DNA of 64,000 nt from Mustelus asterias (taxonomy: Eukaryota). The position numbers and the translations under genes were made by a program. Under the pieces are notes generated by a model. The model did no database searches and was not told the DNA's origin. It saw only the letters and a program-made list of their open reading frames with translations. The DNA is taken from contig NC_135830.1 of assembly GCF_964213995.1 (NCBI RefSeq), forward strand, positions 19,158,001 to 19,222,000, in the 5' to 3' direction. The first letter of the stretch is position 1; each line of letters opens with the position of its first letter. Of this stretch, positions 23,573 to 37,427 are shown piece by piece.

Positions 23573-26500
23573 ATGTTTCCAACAATCGATCAGAATCTGA
23601 GAAGAATAGACTGGAATCTTCCAACAATGGATCAGAACCTGGGAACAACGAACTGGAATGTTACAACAATGGAGAGGAGTTTTGTACAGGGCCTTTACTT
23701 TGTTTCTAAAAGTTGGATAACATTAGCAATGCGGATCCGATTTGTACTCTGGGTTATTCAAGGGGTTTACTATCCCATCCTGGTTATTGTTGGTGTCCCT
23801 GGTAAGTCTCCCTGTCCAGATATTAATTTGATTCACGCTGTTTAACTCTGTTATTGTTGTTTGTTTCCCACTCGACCATTGTTGTTCTGTAATTGTTTCT
23901 TTCGAGTCTCTGTATCCAGATACTAATCCAACACAACACTGATACACGTTTCAGTGTTTCTGATATTTCATTTTCTCTTCCTTTCTTCTATTGGGGTACC
24001 TGGTAAATCTCTATGTCAACTATTGTATTTGTAATCCACATTTCATTGTCTACTCTCCTTGTTATGAATTATTCAGAGCATGGATTCCATTAGTTCAACT
24101 CCACTCACAATATCTGTTCCCCAACCACTGACTCAAGGATGTTGCCCGGGATTCGACCTGTAAAGAGAGACCGGATAGGCTTCAATTTTTTCTTTGGAGC
24201 AGAGAAGGCTGAGGAGGGCCATGATTGAGGTGTATGAGATTATGAGATGTATTGCAGGGTGAATAAGGAGCAGCTGTTCTCCTTGGTTGAGGGTTCAAAT
24301 ATGAGTGGGCATAGTAAAGGGTGAGAAGCATTAGAATCAGAGAGATATTGAGAGGGTGGTGGGAATCTGTAACTCACTGCCCAGGAAGATAATAGAGACC
24401 AGAACCTAACAACCTTTCAGAAATATTTAGGTGAAATATCGGAACATTAAAGGATATAGGAAGAGTACAGGAAAATGGGATTAGTAGGACTTTCGTGGTA
24501 GTTATTGTCAGTGCAGATTTGATGGGCCGAAGGGCCCTTTTCTGCGTGGTAAGATTCACTGATTCTATTTCTGATCGTGAGGTTGGTCCAGAGTGATTAC
24601 AAACTCTGTTCAGCCTTGGATCCTGAACTATTCCAAACTGGCATTATCACAGAGATCTTAGATTATTTACATGACCCAGAATGAGTTTGAAATTAACTTT
24701 TGCAGGCCAGCAGGCAGCTGAACAGGATACATGCAACATATTCTCAAACAACATAAAGACTGTAAGAACGGAAACCTATGTGAGGAGTCTGAGCAGGGGA
24801 AACTGAGAACAAAAGGAAAAAAAAACACAAGAAGAATAAGAAAAATGAAAGGCTTAAACATCAAGGGCCAGAGTCAGATAAGGACAGAGGGAAAAATAAA
24901 TAGGAGTAACGTGACAAGAAATGTTAAAAACGCTAACCTTAAGGTTTTGTATCAGACCACACTGAGTATGCGAAACGAAAGAATGAATTAGTTGCGCAGA
25001 TAGATGTAAAGGGGGTTGATATAGTTGACGTTGCAGAAAAGTGGCTCGAAGCTAACCAGAGATGGGAACGAAACATCGATGGCTAATCAGTGTTTGGGAA
25101 GGACAGAGAGCAAGGAAAATGTTGTGGATTTCCTTGAACGATTGAAGAAGTTACTGATATAATATTAAGGAAAGATAATAACATATTTGACGGGCAGGTA
25201 GCATTCTGAAAGGAGAGAGTGAACAGCCAGAGGTCTAGGTACATATTGGTACCAACGACAAAGGTAGGAAGGGTGACGAGGTCCTTCAGCAGCACTTTAA
25301 GGAGTTAGGTCGAATGTTAAACGGCAGGAACACTTGGGTTGTTATTTCAGGATTACTCTCTGTGTCACGTGCCAGTGAAGCTGGAAATAGGAAGATAGTA
25401 CAGCTCAACTGGTGGCTAAACAGCCGATGTAGGAAGGACAGTTTCAGATATCTGGACAACTGAGATCTCTTCTGGGGAAGGTGGCTAAGTTGGATGTGTT
25501 GCTTCTAAACTGAAGGGGCATAAATTGTTTGGCCGGGAGATTTGCCCATGTCACACGGGATGGTTTAAACTAGCTTGGCAGGGGGTGAGGACCGAAGCAA
25601 AGGAAAATTAACTGAAGGGGGAACTAGAGATCAGGGGAAGGAAAACTCAGAGGAAGAGCAGGCAGGGTATGGATGCCGATCAAAACGGGTCTCGTAGACT
25701 GAACTGCATTTGACCGAATGTGAGAAGTGTGACAGGTAAGGCAGATGAATTTAGAACTTGGATTAATACTTGGAACAATTATGTTTTTGCCATTGCAGAC
25801 ACTTGGTTAAGGAAAGGGCAGGATTGGCAGATTAACGTTCCAGAATACGATGTGTCAGGCAGGATAGAGGGGGATGTAAAAGGGGTGAGGTAATTGCACT
25901 ACTCGTTGAGGAGAATATCACAGCTGTATGGGGGGAGGACACCTCGGAGGGCTCAAACAGCGAGACAATATAGGTGGAACTCAGGAATAGGAACGGTGTA
26001 GTTACAGTGTTGGGGGTTTACTACAGGCCTCCCAAAAGCCAGCGGGAGGTAGAGGAACAGATATGTAGGCAGACTTCGTCAAGGTGAAAAAGTAACTGGG
26101 TAGTTTGAGGCTTGAAGTTTCAGTTGATTGGAATTCAAGACCGGCACGTTCCTGTAAGGATGAAGGATAAGGATAGCAAGTTTCAGAACCTTGATAACGA
26201 GAGATATTATGAGCCCAAACAAAAATAAAAAAGAAGCATTTGGCAAGGCTCGGCAGCTGGGAACACACGAAGGAAGTGCAAGTGCATAATAGAAGGAAAG
26301 TAAAATGAAACTTAAGCAAGGATTCAGGAGGATTCAGAAATGGTGACGAAAAGTCATTGGCCGGCAGGATTAAGGGAAATCCCAAAACTTTTTATACATA
26401 CACAAAGAGCAAGAGAGTTGCCAGGGAAAGGGTTTGCCCGTCAAGTAGTGGGGAGGAATTATATGCGTGGAGTCAGAGGAATTGGGCGAGGTATTAAATG

Positions 26501-29500
26501 AATACTTTGCATTGGTATTCGCCAAAGAGAGGGACTGGGTGGATGATGAGTCTGGGGATGGGGGTGTAGAAAGTTTGGGTCATGTTGAGCTCAAAAGGGA
26601 GGGGGTACTGTGGGTCTTGAAATACATTAGTATCGACAAGTCCCAAGTCATCAGAAACATAGCTATCTCTTTCTTGACTTTGTTCCCTGTTTCTGACTCC
26701 GTTGCACTCTTGGGCAGTGAGTTCCACAGATTCACAACCCTTCCAGAGAAGTGGTTTCTTCTCATCCCAGTTTTGAACCTATCTCCTCTCACTCTATGCC
26801 TATGAGCCGTTGTTCCAGTCTATCCCACAAGGAAGGGATATCTATCCAACGTTCAACTTTTCAATTCCCTTTCGAATTTATATATCTCAATCAAATCCCC
26901 CTCATTCTGCTGAACTCCAGCGAGTACAAGCCCAAGCTATCTACTTCTTTCAAAGTGCATAACTACGCATTTATCAGATGTAAATACCATCTGCAAATGC
27001 TCTGCCCTTCTGAGCAACTCATCTATATCTTCCTGCAACCTACAGCCATCTTCTTCGCTATTCACGCCCTGCCAATTTTGGTGTCATTTGCAAACATTCA
27101 TATTATTGCGCCCACATTATCATCCATGTCACCTCTGGTACACTACTGGAGACACCCCATTTCCCATGTCAAACTGTTCAACTTCCACACTGTCCCTTTT
27201 CCTGAATTTTGTACCGACCTTCTCATTTTCCTGAGTGAAGACCGATGCTAATTATTCATTTGACACCCTTCCAATGTCCTGCGGCTTCACATAAATATTG
27301 CCCCCATGGTCTCTAATGGGCCCTACTCCTTTCCTGGTTAAACTCATCCACTTAATATATTTATAAAATACCTTAGGACTCTTCCTAATCCTGTTCATAA
27401 GTCATTTTTCATGTCCGCTTTTTGCTCTTTTAATTTCTTTTGGAACATCCCTCTTGCACTTCCACTATTCTCTGGTGGCGCAATTAAATTATTCTCTTTT
27501 CACTTGTGAAAAGTATTTCTCTTCTTCCTTATCCAGTCATAATTTGTTCTAGACATCCAGGTTTCCCTGAACTTATTTCTCCTACATTTCCACCTATCAG
27601 AACATGTTGAAACGGTAATATCCCGAGTTTGCTATTGAATGCCTCCAGATGCTCCACTGTAGGATTGCCCACAAGGAGCTATCCTCAATCAACTTTGGCC
27701 AGATCCTGTCATATTTGAATGAAATCTGCTTTTCCCCAAATCAAAGTCGTCTTGCGCAGCCCATCGGTCTCTTTGCCCAATACACATTTACACAGTGCCG
27801 TGTTGTGGTCGCGATCGCTAAAATGCTCTCCCAATCCCACATATCCATCCTTTATGGTTGAAATTATTCCTTCACCTCCCTCATGGACACATGCTGCTGT
27901 AGCGTTGATGACCATCATGCATACTGTGTCCACCTGAGGTTTGAAATGCTGCATGCAGGCTGCATGCCCAATTGGGACATCTCACTGACCTTGGCAATGC
28001 TCAGAAGGTCAGTGAAGCACTTTTGATACTGTATCCAGGTACTTTATTGATAATCAGGAGAGCTGATTATCTCCATTCTCATCACCCAAACTCCTTCTTT
28101 TGTGTCCGGAGGGAACCTGAATCCTTCAGGGAACAGCATGTCCCTGTATGTGCGCACCCCAGCAGGGAGGATGTCCAAGTAATGCTTCCTAAAGAGGGAC
28201 GCTGCTGTGTCCCGGGACTCTGGATTACTTTTATTGGTCTGCCATCCTGGGATAAGTGTCTGGGAGACATATGGGTCAGGATGTGTTGTACTCATCGTGT
28301 TCCCGATCATTAATCTCATGGTATGTAATGTTAGTGAGGGGATGCTCTGTATGTTTATGTGAGGAAAGGGTTTACATGGTTGAGGCTGGCTGGTTTGAGC
28401 ACTGACTATCAAAGGGACAGGTTGACAAGCCATGCTGCACCATGAGGAGATTTCCTGACCTGCTTGTGCTCCTTCTCGGGGTAACCATGTGATTGTACAT
28501 GCCCTGTCTGAATGGGCATTTATTCCAAAGGAGATTGTGTGTGTCAGAGTGAAGCTGTTGAAATGTACTCCTGTATTTACATGCAACGATGAGTGTGCTG
28601 GAACATAAGGATTCTTTAACACTCAGTGTCTTTCAAGGGTCAGCATAATGATTGTTACAGCAGTGCACACAGAGATTAGAGTAGATAGGTAACATTGGAG
28701 TTGAACCGTGGACACAGCAATAACTGATAAGTACGGTAAAGGAAATGTTTTTCACTGGTGTGACAGAATGAGAATGTGCGAAAGTATTTGTGTGTGTGTG
28801 TGTGTGAGCATGTAATTGACTGTGTCTGTGTGACTGCGTGTGTGAGTGTGTGTTTGTGTGAAAGTATGTGCGCATATGTGTGTGAGTTTGTGTGCATTAG
28901 TGCGTGTGTGTGTGTGAGAAAGGGAATGAGTCTGTGTGGGTGTGTATATATGTGTGTGTGAGTGTTTGTGTTTGATAGAGTATGGGTGAGTGTGTGTCTG
29001 TCTGTGAATGTGCGTCTGTGAATGTGTGAGATTTTTTGTATGTGTGTATGTATATGTTTGTGTGTGAAAGAGAGAATGTGTGCATGTGCGTGAGTTTGTT
29101 TATGACATTGTGGGTGTTTTTGTGTGCGTATGTTTGTGAGTGGGTATGTTTGAGCGAGTATGTGTGTCTCTGCGTGTCTGTGATAATGTGCATTTGTGTG
29201 TGTGTGTGTGTCTGTGAATGTGTTTTTGAGTGTGTGTATGTTTGTGTGTGTATGTTTGTTTGTGTGCCTGTGAAAGTGTGTATGTTGTCACGTTAGTGCA
29301 TCTTACAGAATTTAAAAAAAACATGTTCTCTGCAGCTCTCATGGCCATCGTTTATATTATTGTTGCTGGGTTGGCTGTAGCAGTCATTTTCTTGCCAATT
29401 AAATGGGGTTTATTTATTTTTACTTTGGGATCTTTAATGACCTGCATTGTTGGCAGGAAGACTGTTTGGCAGGTCATGTGCTTTGGACAGTTTTGTTTTT

Positions 29501-31568
29501 TCATCACCGTGAAGTTAAGGTTTAATTTTCTGTTTTGGCTGGCAATATTTCTTTTAGAAGGGACATCAAGCTGAAACGAAGCGTTTCTCTCTCTCCCTGG
29601 TTTTGGAAATTCTGCTCGTTAGCTGAAAGCAAAGCTTCTTGCCTCTCTGGAGTAGAGAATCTGCTTCTGGTAGTTCGACCAGAGTCTCTACCCGGTATTC
29701 TGGGAAGTTGTTCGGATGTCAAACTGTTCTGGGTGCATCAAGAAGGGCTGCTATCAGTCAGAAGGCTGAGATGTCAGATTTTCAAATCTCCAAACAAATA
29801 ACTCAGTTCCAGTATCACTGATGATTAGTCTTTGTTGTGTTAAACCTGTGAAAAGGGTTTCTTTGTCCATGGGAAGTTTGTTTGATTGGAACATTTTATA
29901 TAGATTTTTAAGATTCATACATTATCGTGGTTGTTTTGCTTTTGTTTGTAATTGATAAAAGTTATTGGTAATTGTGTTTCCATACACGTTAAATATATTC
30001 TTAAATGAACATTTTTCTGATAAAAGCTCCCGAGCGGGTCAGTTGGATCATACCTGAGGTGAAAAATATCATGCTCATTTTCGCCAAATAGAAAGTGCAA
30101 AATCTCTGATCCAGACGCGCTTCATAAAACACTTTGGAGTTTCTAACCTGAATTATAACANNNNNNNNNNNNNNNNNNNNNNNNNNNNNNNNNNNNNNNN
30201 NNNNNNNNNNNNNNNNNNNNNNNNNNNNNNNNNNNNNNNNNNNNNNNNNNNNNNNNNNNNNNNNNNNNNNNNNNNNNNNNNNNNNNNNNNNNNNNNNNNN
30301 NNNNNNGAGTTTGTGTGAATGCGTGTGTGACTGCGTGTGACTGTGTATGTGTGTATGTCTCTGGGTGCTTGCATGTGTGTGTTTGAGAGAATGAGTGTGT
30401 GAGAGAAAGTGTGTGTGTGAGTATGTTTGTGTTTGTGTGTCAGTGAATGTGTTCGTGTGTATGCTTTTGTGTGACTGTGTGTGATTGTGTGAGTGTGTAT
30501 ATGAATGTGTGTTTGAGACAGTGTGTGTGTCTCAGTGTGTGTGTGAGTGCATGTGTGTGAGAGATTGTATGTGTGTGTGTGTGCGCGCCTGTGTGTGTGT
30601 GTGTGTGCCTCGAAGAGGTAATTTCTTCCCCAGCCTGTTGTATAATTGCATAATTCCATTCTTTATTTCCCTTCATTACAGCAAACGTAATCGCAATTGT
30701 GACCCTGAAGCTCAGAAACTGTGGTCTGTCCAAATGTGTCACTCGTTACCTGGTGGCCATGTCAGTGGGGGATCTACTGGTCGTTATCTTCGACCTGATA
30801 TTGAGACACATTCCCATTGTCTTTAAAGAACAGTTTTATTTCCTGAAGTCCATGCCCGTGTGTAATATCCACGCCATCCTGCTTTATGCAGCCACTGACT
30901 GTTCTGTCTGGTTCACCGTTGCTTTCACCATGGATCGATTTGTGGCCATTTGCTGCCCCAAGCTGAAAAGTAAATACTGCAGCGAGAAAACAGCGGCTGT
31001 GGTTCTGGGAACAGTGACTGTGCTGAGTTGCTTGAAGAGCATTTACTGGTATTTTATGTTGTTAGGCAAATATATGCTGTGGAACAACCCCTGGTTTTGT
31101 GATTACACATGGGATGTTCTGGAATCTCCGGTCTGGGTAACAATTGAGTTTCTCCACCACATCCTAACCCCTGGTGTCCCATTCGTCCTGATTCTGCTGC
31201 TCAATATTTTCACCGTCAGGCACATTTTAGTGAGCAGCAGAGCCCGCAGGAGATTCCGGGCTCACAGCAGTGGGGAGACTCCTAAAGACCCAGAGATGGA
31301 GAGTCGAAGGAAATCCATCATTTTACTGTTTGTTATCTCAGCCAATTTCATCCTCTTATGGTCAACCTTAATGCTTTTCTCTATATGGAACCGGATGGCT
31401 TGGTTGGGATATCATCATTTACGGTTAGATATGTATTTTATGGAATTGGGCTTCATGCTGCAGCTGTTGAGTTGCTGCACGAACACTGTGATCTATGTTG
31501 CAACACAAACTCAGTTCAGACAACAGTTGAAAAATGTGCTGAAATTCCCCTTTACTGCAATTGTTTAA
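23573..31568 (+). CDS. Class A (rhodopsin-family) GPCR, GPR139/GPR142-like; exons 23573-23801 and 30682-31568, 371 aa
   Basis: Donor CCTG|GTAAGT and acceptor TTACAG|CA join in frame (phase 1) to give YYPILVIVGVP-A-NVIAIVTL. Motifs CGLSKCVTRYLVAM..DLL (TM2), FTMDRFVAIC (DRY-like), WFC (ECL2), PFVLILLLN (TM5), DPEMESRRKSIILL (ICL3/TM6) and CCTNTVIY (NPxxY-like). No stops. Confidence 0.9.
24130..27900. mobile_element. Mosaic of old CR1 fragments in both orientations in the GPCR intron
   Basis: Degenerate esterase, APE and RT-like stretches, and a CR1 3' end at ~24510-24570. Confidence 0.75.
28760..29282. repeat. Degenerate (TG)n microsatellite, resuming at 30307-30607
   Basis: Seen directly. 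Confidence 0.95.
29283..30160 (+). mobile_element. Probable LTR inserted in the TG microsatellite
   Basis: Non-coding ~880-bp block starting TGTTGT and ending ATAACA. The right TSD is hidden by the gap. Confidence 0.45.
30161..30306. other. Assembly gap (146 N)
   Basis: Run of N. Confidence 1.
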
Positions 31569-31771
31569 TTCATTAATTCCTAAGGGGATACCCCATTCAC
31601 ACGACCTCTCTCTCTTCTGATGGGACAATTAAACTGCAAATCACCAACTACCCTCACATTGATTGAACAAACGAAACGTGGTCCACCGACATTGATCTCC
31701 AATTTGTCACTCCACCTATCAATCACTGTGGTTCCTGACTCTGACTGGACAGAAATCGACCAGCTGCCATG

Positions 31772-34700
31772 GAGTCATCGAGTCATAGAGGTTTACTGCG
31801 TGGAAACAGGCCCTGCGGCCCAATTTGTCCATGCCACCCCTTTTTTAAACCCCTAAGCTAGTCCCAATTGCCCGCATTTGGCCCATATCCCTCTATACCC
31901 ATCTTACCCATGTAACTGTCTAAATGCTTTTTAAAAGACAAATTGTACCCGCCTCTAATACTACCTCTGGCAGCTTGTTCCAGACACTCACCAACCTCTG
32001 TGTGACAAAATTGCCCCTCTGGACCCTTTTGTATCTATCCCCTCTCTCCTTAAACCTATGCCCTCTACTTTTAGACTCCCCCACCTTTGGGAAAAGATAT
32101 TGACTATCTAGCTGACCTATGCTCCTCATTATTTTATAGACCTCTATAAAATTACCCCTAAGCCTCCTACGCTCCAGAGAAAAAAGCTCAGTCCATCCAG
32201 CCTCTCCTTATAACTCAAATCATCAAGTCCCGGTAGCATCCTAGTAAATCTTTGCTGCACTTTTTACAGTTTAATAATATCCTTTCTATAATAGGGTTAC
32301 CAGAACTGTACACAGTATTCCAAGTGTGGCCTGACCAATGTCTTGTACAACTTCAACAAGACATTACAACTGGTGTATTCATTGTTGTGACCAATGAAAC
32401 CAAACATGCCGAATGCCTTCTTCATCATTCTGTCCACCTGTGACTCCACTTTCAAGGAGCTATGAACCTGTACCCCTAGATCTCATTGTTCTATAACTCT
32501 TCCCAACAACATACCATTAACTGAGTAAGTCTTGCCCTGTTTCGATCGACCACAATGCATCACCTTACATTTATCTAAATTAAACTCCATCGACCATTCG
32601 TGAACCCACTGGCTCAATTGATCAAGATCTCGTTGGAATCCGAGATAACCTTCTTCACTGTCCACTATGCCACCAATCTTGGTGTCATCTGCAAACTTAC
32701 TAACCATGCCTCGTAAATTCTCATCCAAATCATTAATATAAATGACAAACAACAATGGACCCCGCACCGATCCCTGAGGCACACCGCTGGTCAGAGGCCT
32801 CCAGGTGGAAAAGCAACCCTCGACAAACACTCAATGATTTCTCTGATCAAGCCAAGTTTGTATCCATTTGGTTACCTCACCCTGGATCCCGTGAGATTTA
32901 ACCTTATGCAACAACCTACAATGTGGTACCTTGTCAAAGGACTTGCTAAAGTCCTTGTAGACAGCATCAACTGCACTGCCCTCATCGACCTTCTTGGTTA
33001 CCATTTCAAGAAACTCAATCAAATTTGTGAGACATGATTTTCCACTCAGAAAGCCATGCTGACTGTTCCTAATCAGTCCTTGTGTCTCTAAATGACTGTA
33101 GATCCTGTCTCTCAAAATACCTTCTAACAACAGATGTGAGTCTCACCGGCCTGTAGCTCCAAGGCTTTTCCCTGCAGCCCTTCTTAAACAAGGCACAACA
33201 TTTTCTACCCTCTAATCTTCAGGTCCCTCACCTGTGACTATCGATGAATCAAATATCTCTGCTAGGGGACTCACAATTTCCTCCCTAGCCTCCCACAGTG
33301 TCCTGTGATACACTTCATCAGATTCCAGGAATTTATCTACCTTGATGCTCTATAAGACTTCCAGCACCTCCTTCTCTGCTATAAGTACACTCCTCAAGAC
33401 ATCACTATTTATTTCCCCAAGTTCCCTAACATCCATGCTTTTCTCAACAGTAAATACTGATGAGAAATATTCATTTAGAATTTCACCCATTTCTTGTGGA
33501 TCCGCACATAGATGACTTTGTTGATCCTAAAGAGGTTCTACCCTCTCCCTAGTTACTCTTTTGCCCTTTATGTATTTGTAGAAGCTCTTTGGAATCTACT
33601 TTGCCTTATCTGCCAAAACAATCTCGTGTTCCCTTTTTGCCTTCCTGATTTATTTCTTAACTCTCCTCCAACACCCCTATACTATTCAATGGATTCACTT
33701 GATCCCAGCTGCCTATGCATGTCATGTGCTTCCTTCTTCTTCTTGACCAGGGCCTCAATGTCCCGAGTGATCCAGGATTCCCTACTTCTGCCAGCGTTGC
33801 CCTTCACCCTAAGAGGAATGTGCTTATCCTGAACCCTGGTTAACTCCCTTTCGAAAGCCTCCCACCTACCAGACGTCCCTTTGCCTTCCCACAGACTCCC
33901 CCAATTAATTTTTGAAAGTTTGTGCCTGCCACCATCAAAATTGGCCTTGCCCCAATTTAGAATTTTAACTTTTGGGCCAGATCTATCATTCTCCATGGCT
34001 ATCTTAAAACTCATAGAATTATGGTCACTGGTCCCAAAGTGATCCCTCACTAACACTTCTGTCACCTGCCCTTCCTTATTTCCCAAGAGGAGGTCAAGTT
34101 TTTCCCCTCTCTCGTCGGGCCATCACATACTGAATGAGAAATTCCTCCTGAACACACTCAAAGCATTTCTCTCCATCCAACACTCTAAGACTACAGCAGT
34201 CCCAATCAATGTTGGGAATGTTAAAATCCCCTACTATTACCACCCTATTTTCCTTGGAGTTATCTGTAATCTCCTTACATATTTGCTCCTCAATTTTTCT
34301 GCCGGCTATTTGGGGGCCTATAGTACAACCCTATCAAAGCAATTTCCCCCTTCTTATTTCTCAGTTCAACCCATATCGACTCAGTGGCCGAAACCTCGGA
34401 TATGTCCCCTCTCAGTACTGCTGTAATGTTTTTCCTAATCAAAAGTGCAACTTCCCCTCCTCTCTTACCTCCTGTTCTATCTTTCCTATAGCATCTGTAC
34501 CCTGGAACATTGAGCTGCCAGTCCTGTCCCTCCCTTAGCCATGTTTCAGTAATTGCTATAATATCCCAGTCCCACGTACCCGTCCATGCCCCATGCCTTG
34601 CCCATCAGGCCTCTTGCATTGAAATAAATGCAGTTTAATCTGGACTTCTCTTGTTCTCTGTCTTGCTTTTGCCTGATCTGTCTGGTACTAGGATTACTGA

Positions 34701-35015
34701 CACTGCCTTTACTACTTAATGTGCTCTCTTTAACGTCTGTGCTGTCCTCAACTTTCTCTTCTGTCTCCCTCCTCCTTTGGATCCCACACCCCTGCCAAAC
34801 TAGTTTAAACCCTCCCAAGTGGCTCTCGCCAATCTCCCCGCCAGGATGTTAGTCCCCCTCCAGTTCAGGTGTATCCCGGCCCTCTTGAACAGATCAGCCC
34901 TTCCCCAGACGTGATCTCAATGATCCAAAAATCTAAATCCTGCCCCCTGCACCAGCTCTCAAGCCACGCATTCATCTGCCTAATCTTCCTCTTCCTACTC
35001 TCACTAGCACGTGGT
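31772..35015 (-). mobile_element. Degenerate CR1 (end of ORF1 esterase, ORF2 and GACTCTAT-type tail)
   Basis: ORF fragments 34546..34818, 33682..34086, 32831..33130 and 32483..32830. Confidence 0.9.
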
Positions 35016-35244
35016 GCCTTCTGCCTAACTCTCTATTTCTCCTCTCCCACTCCCATTTTTCCTCTCCTATTGGCCCTCCAAATGTTCCATCGTTACATTC
35101 CCCCACCAGCCTCTCAGAATATCTGTCCTCTCATTGACCATTCGGAATGTTCATCATCTTCATCCTCATTCGGATTGGATGATAATCCTCCAATCAGAAG
35201 TAAGAATGGGGGAACAGCTGAGAAAATTAGGTCACAGAAGGAAC

Positions 35245-35545
35245 ACACGGTCGCACAGTGGTTAGCACTGCTGCCTCAGTGCCAGGGACCCGGATTCGAT
35301 TCCTGGCTTGGGTCACTTTGTGGAGTTTGCATATTCTCCCCGTGTCCGGTGCTCTGGTTTCCTCCTACCGTCCAAAGATGTGTGGGTTAGGTGGATTGGT
35401 CATGCTAAATTACCCCTTAATATCAGGGGGACTAACTCGGGCTAATTAGGGTTATAGGAATAGGGGCTGGGTGGGAGTATGGTTGGTGCAGACTCGATGG
35501 ACCGATTCGCCTCCTTCTGCACTGTAGGATTCTATGGTTCTATGA
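35245..35545 (+). mobile_element. V-SINE (diverged HE1-like)
   Basis: tRNA-like head, V-domain and TTCTATG tail. Confidence 0.85.
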
Positions 35546-37090
35546 ACATGCACGTGAAGTACCGCAGCTCCCGCCACATGCCGAGAGAGGCCGAATGGCC
35601 AACCGAGGGAGGCCAACTGACCAATGTACCGAGCAAGACCAAATGACTGAGCAAGCAAGGCCAACTGTCCAAGCGAGCAACATCAACTCACTTACTGAGC
35701 GAGCGAAGCCAACTGACTGTGGGAGCGAGCAAGCCCGAATGACCAATTGAAAAAGTGATCAACCAACCAACCAACTGAACAAGGTTGATTGAGAGAGTGA
35801 GGCCGGCTGACTGACCAAGCGAACGAGGCCAACTGACTGATCGAGCAAGGCCAAATGCCCAAGTGAGCAGGCTGGCCCGTCTGACTGAACGACCAAGCAA
35901 TGTTGGCGCTCTGACCAACAAATTGAGGCTGACTGATAAACCGAGCGAAGGAGGTAGACTGACCAGCTGACCGAGGCTGACTTTTCCATGGAGAAATGCC
36001 GACTGACTGACGGAGCGAGCAAGACTGACTAAGTGAGTGAGGCTGACTGACGCACTGAGCGAGAAATGCCGACTGCCCAACCCAACGAGTCAGACTGACT
36101 GATCGAACAAGTGAGTGAGGCCGACTGACTCAGTGAGCGAGGCTAACTCTCTGACTAGCAGAGCAAGGCCGACTCATTGCCCAACTGCGCGAGGCTGAGT
36201 GACCAACCGAGCAAGTGCGAATGACCAACCGAGCGAGGCCTCAACAAACAAGCGACACTGGCTGCCCAACAAGCAATCGAGGCCGCGTCTCCACCCAATG
36301 TTGACTGACTGACCAACTGAGAGAGTGCGACTCACTAATCGACCGAGGCCGACTGACCAACGTTCCCAGTGAAGACGACTGACTGTCTTAAAGAGCAAGT
36401 CTGAGTTGTGAAGAAACAGGACTTGCATCATCTTTCATTACAGAACTGCAACTGAGAAGCTGAACATTCGAAGCAGAGGATGGTTGCTGGTTCCAAATAA
36501 AGGGCTGCAAGTTACGAATTTCTCAAAAAACAGAGAAGCCATCTCTCAGCATTGCATACAATACAGCGGTGAATGGGAGACAACAAAATGGCTGGACCCA
36601 GAGTAAAAGTGTCGGCATATGACTATCCACCAATATTCTCAGACACTCAACCTGATGACCAATGGATAACTTAAGTCAACATGTGGACGATGGTAACAAG
36701 TTTGGGTGAACGCAAACAAGGAATAGCCTTGGTTTTTTCTTTACCATATTGAAGTAAAATTAGATGCAAAGTATTTTCCGAATTGCAGTTGGAAGATTTG
36801 ATCTCGGAAGGAGGTCTGGATAGTTTATTAAACTTTATGGATAAGATTTATCAAAAGGATGACTAATTAAGTGCGTAGGTTGGTCAGATTTCGATAGAGT
36901 TTGGAAATCAGAGGATAGAACTATTGAATAGTATGTGATGAAATTAAATAGGTATATAAATAGGTATATAAAAGGTTTATAAATTCCATTTTACTTTCAA
37001 CTGTCCGAAAGATTTAATAGAGTGTTGGAAGCTGCACATGACATGGAAGAATCGGAAGAGGAAAGAGATAGTGACCAGATAGTGACCAGG

Positions 37091-37427
37091 GGTGGCACGG
37101 TAGCACAGTGGTTAGCACTGCTGCTTCACAGCTCCAGGGACCTGGGTTAGAATCCCGGCTTGTGCCGCTGTCTGTGTGGAGTTTGTGCATTCTCCCTGTG
37201 TCTGCGTGGGTTTCCACCGGGTGCTCCGGTTTCCTCCCACAGTCCAAAGATGTGCGGGTTAGGTTGATTGGCCATTCTAAATTGCCCCTTAGTGTCCCAG
37301 GATGCATAGGTTAGAAGGGTTAGTGGGTAAATATGTAGGGATATGTGGATAGGGCCTGGGTGGGATTGTGGTTGGTGCAGACTCGATAGGCCAAATAGCC
37401 TCTTTCTGCACTGTAGGATTCTATGAC
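37091..37427 (+). mobile_element. HE1-type V-SINE nested in the Copia element
   Basis: Full head, V-domain and tail. Confidence 0.93.

Noticed and set aside
27900-28622. 192-aa minus-strand ORF 28044..28622 as a nested gene
   Set aside because: Looks like a badly decayed LINE endonuclease region, with no splice or domain support.
23573-31568. Assigning the symbol gpr139
   Set aside because: Family-level similarity only, and orthology cannot be shown without a tree.
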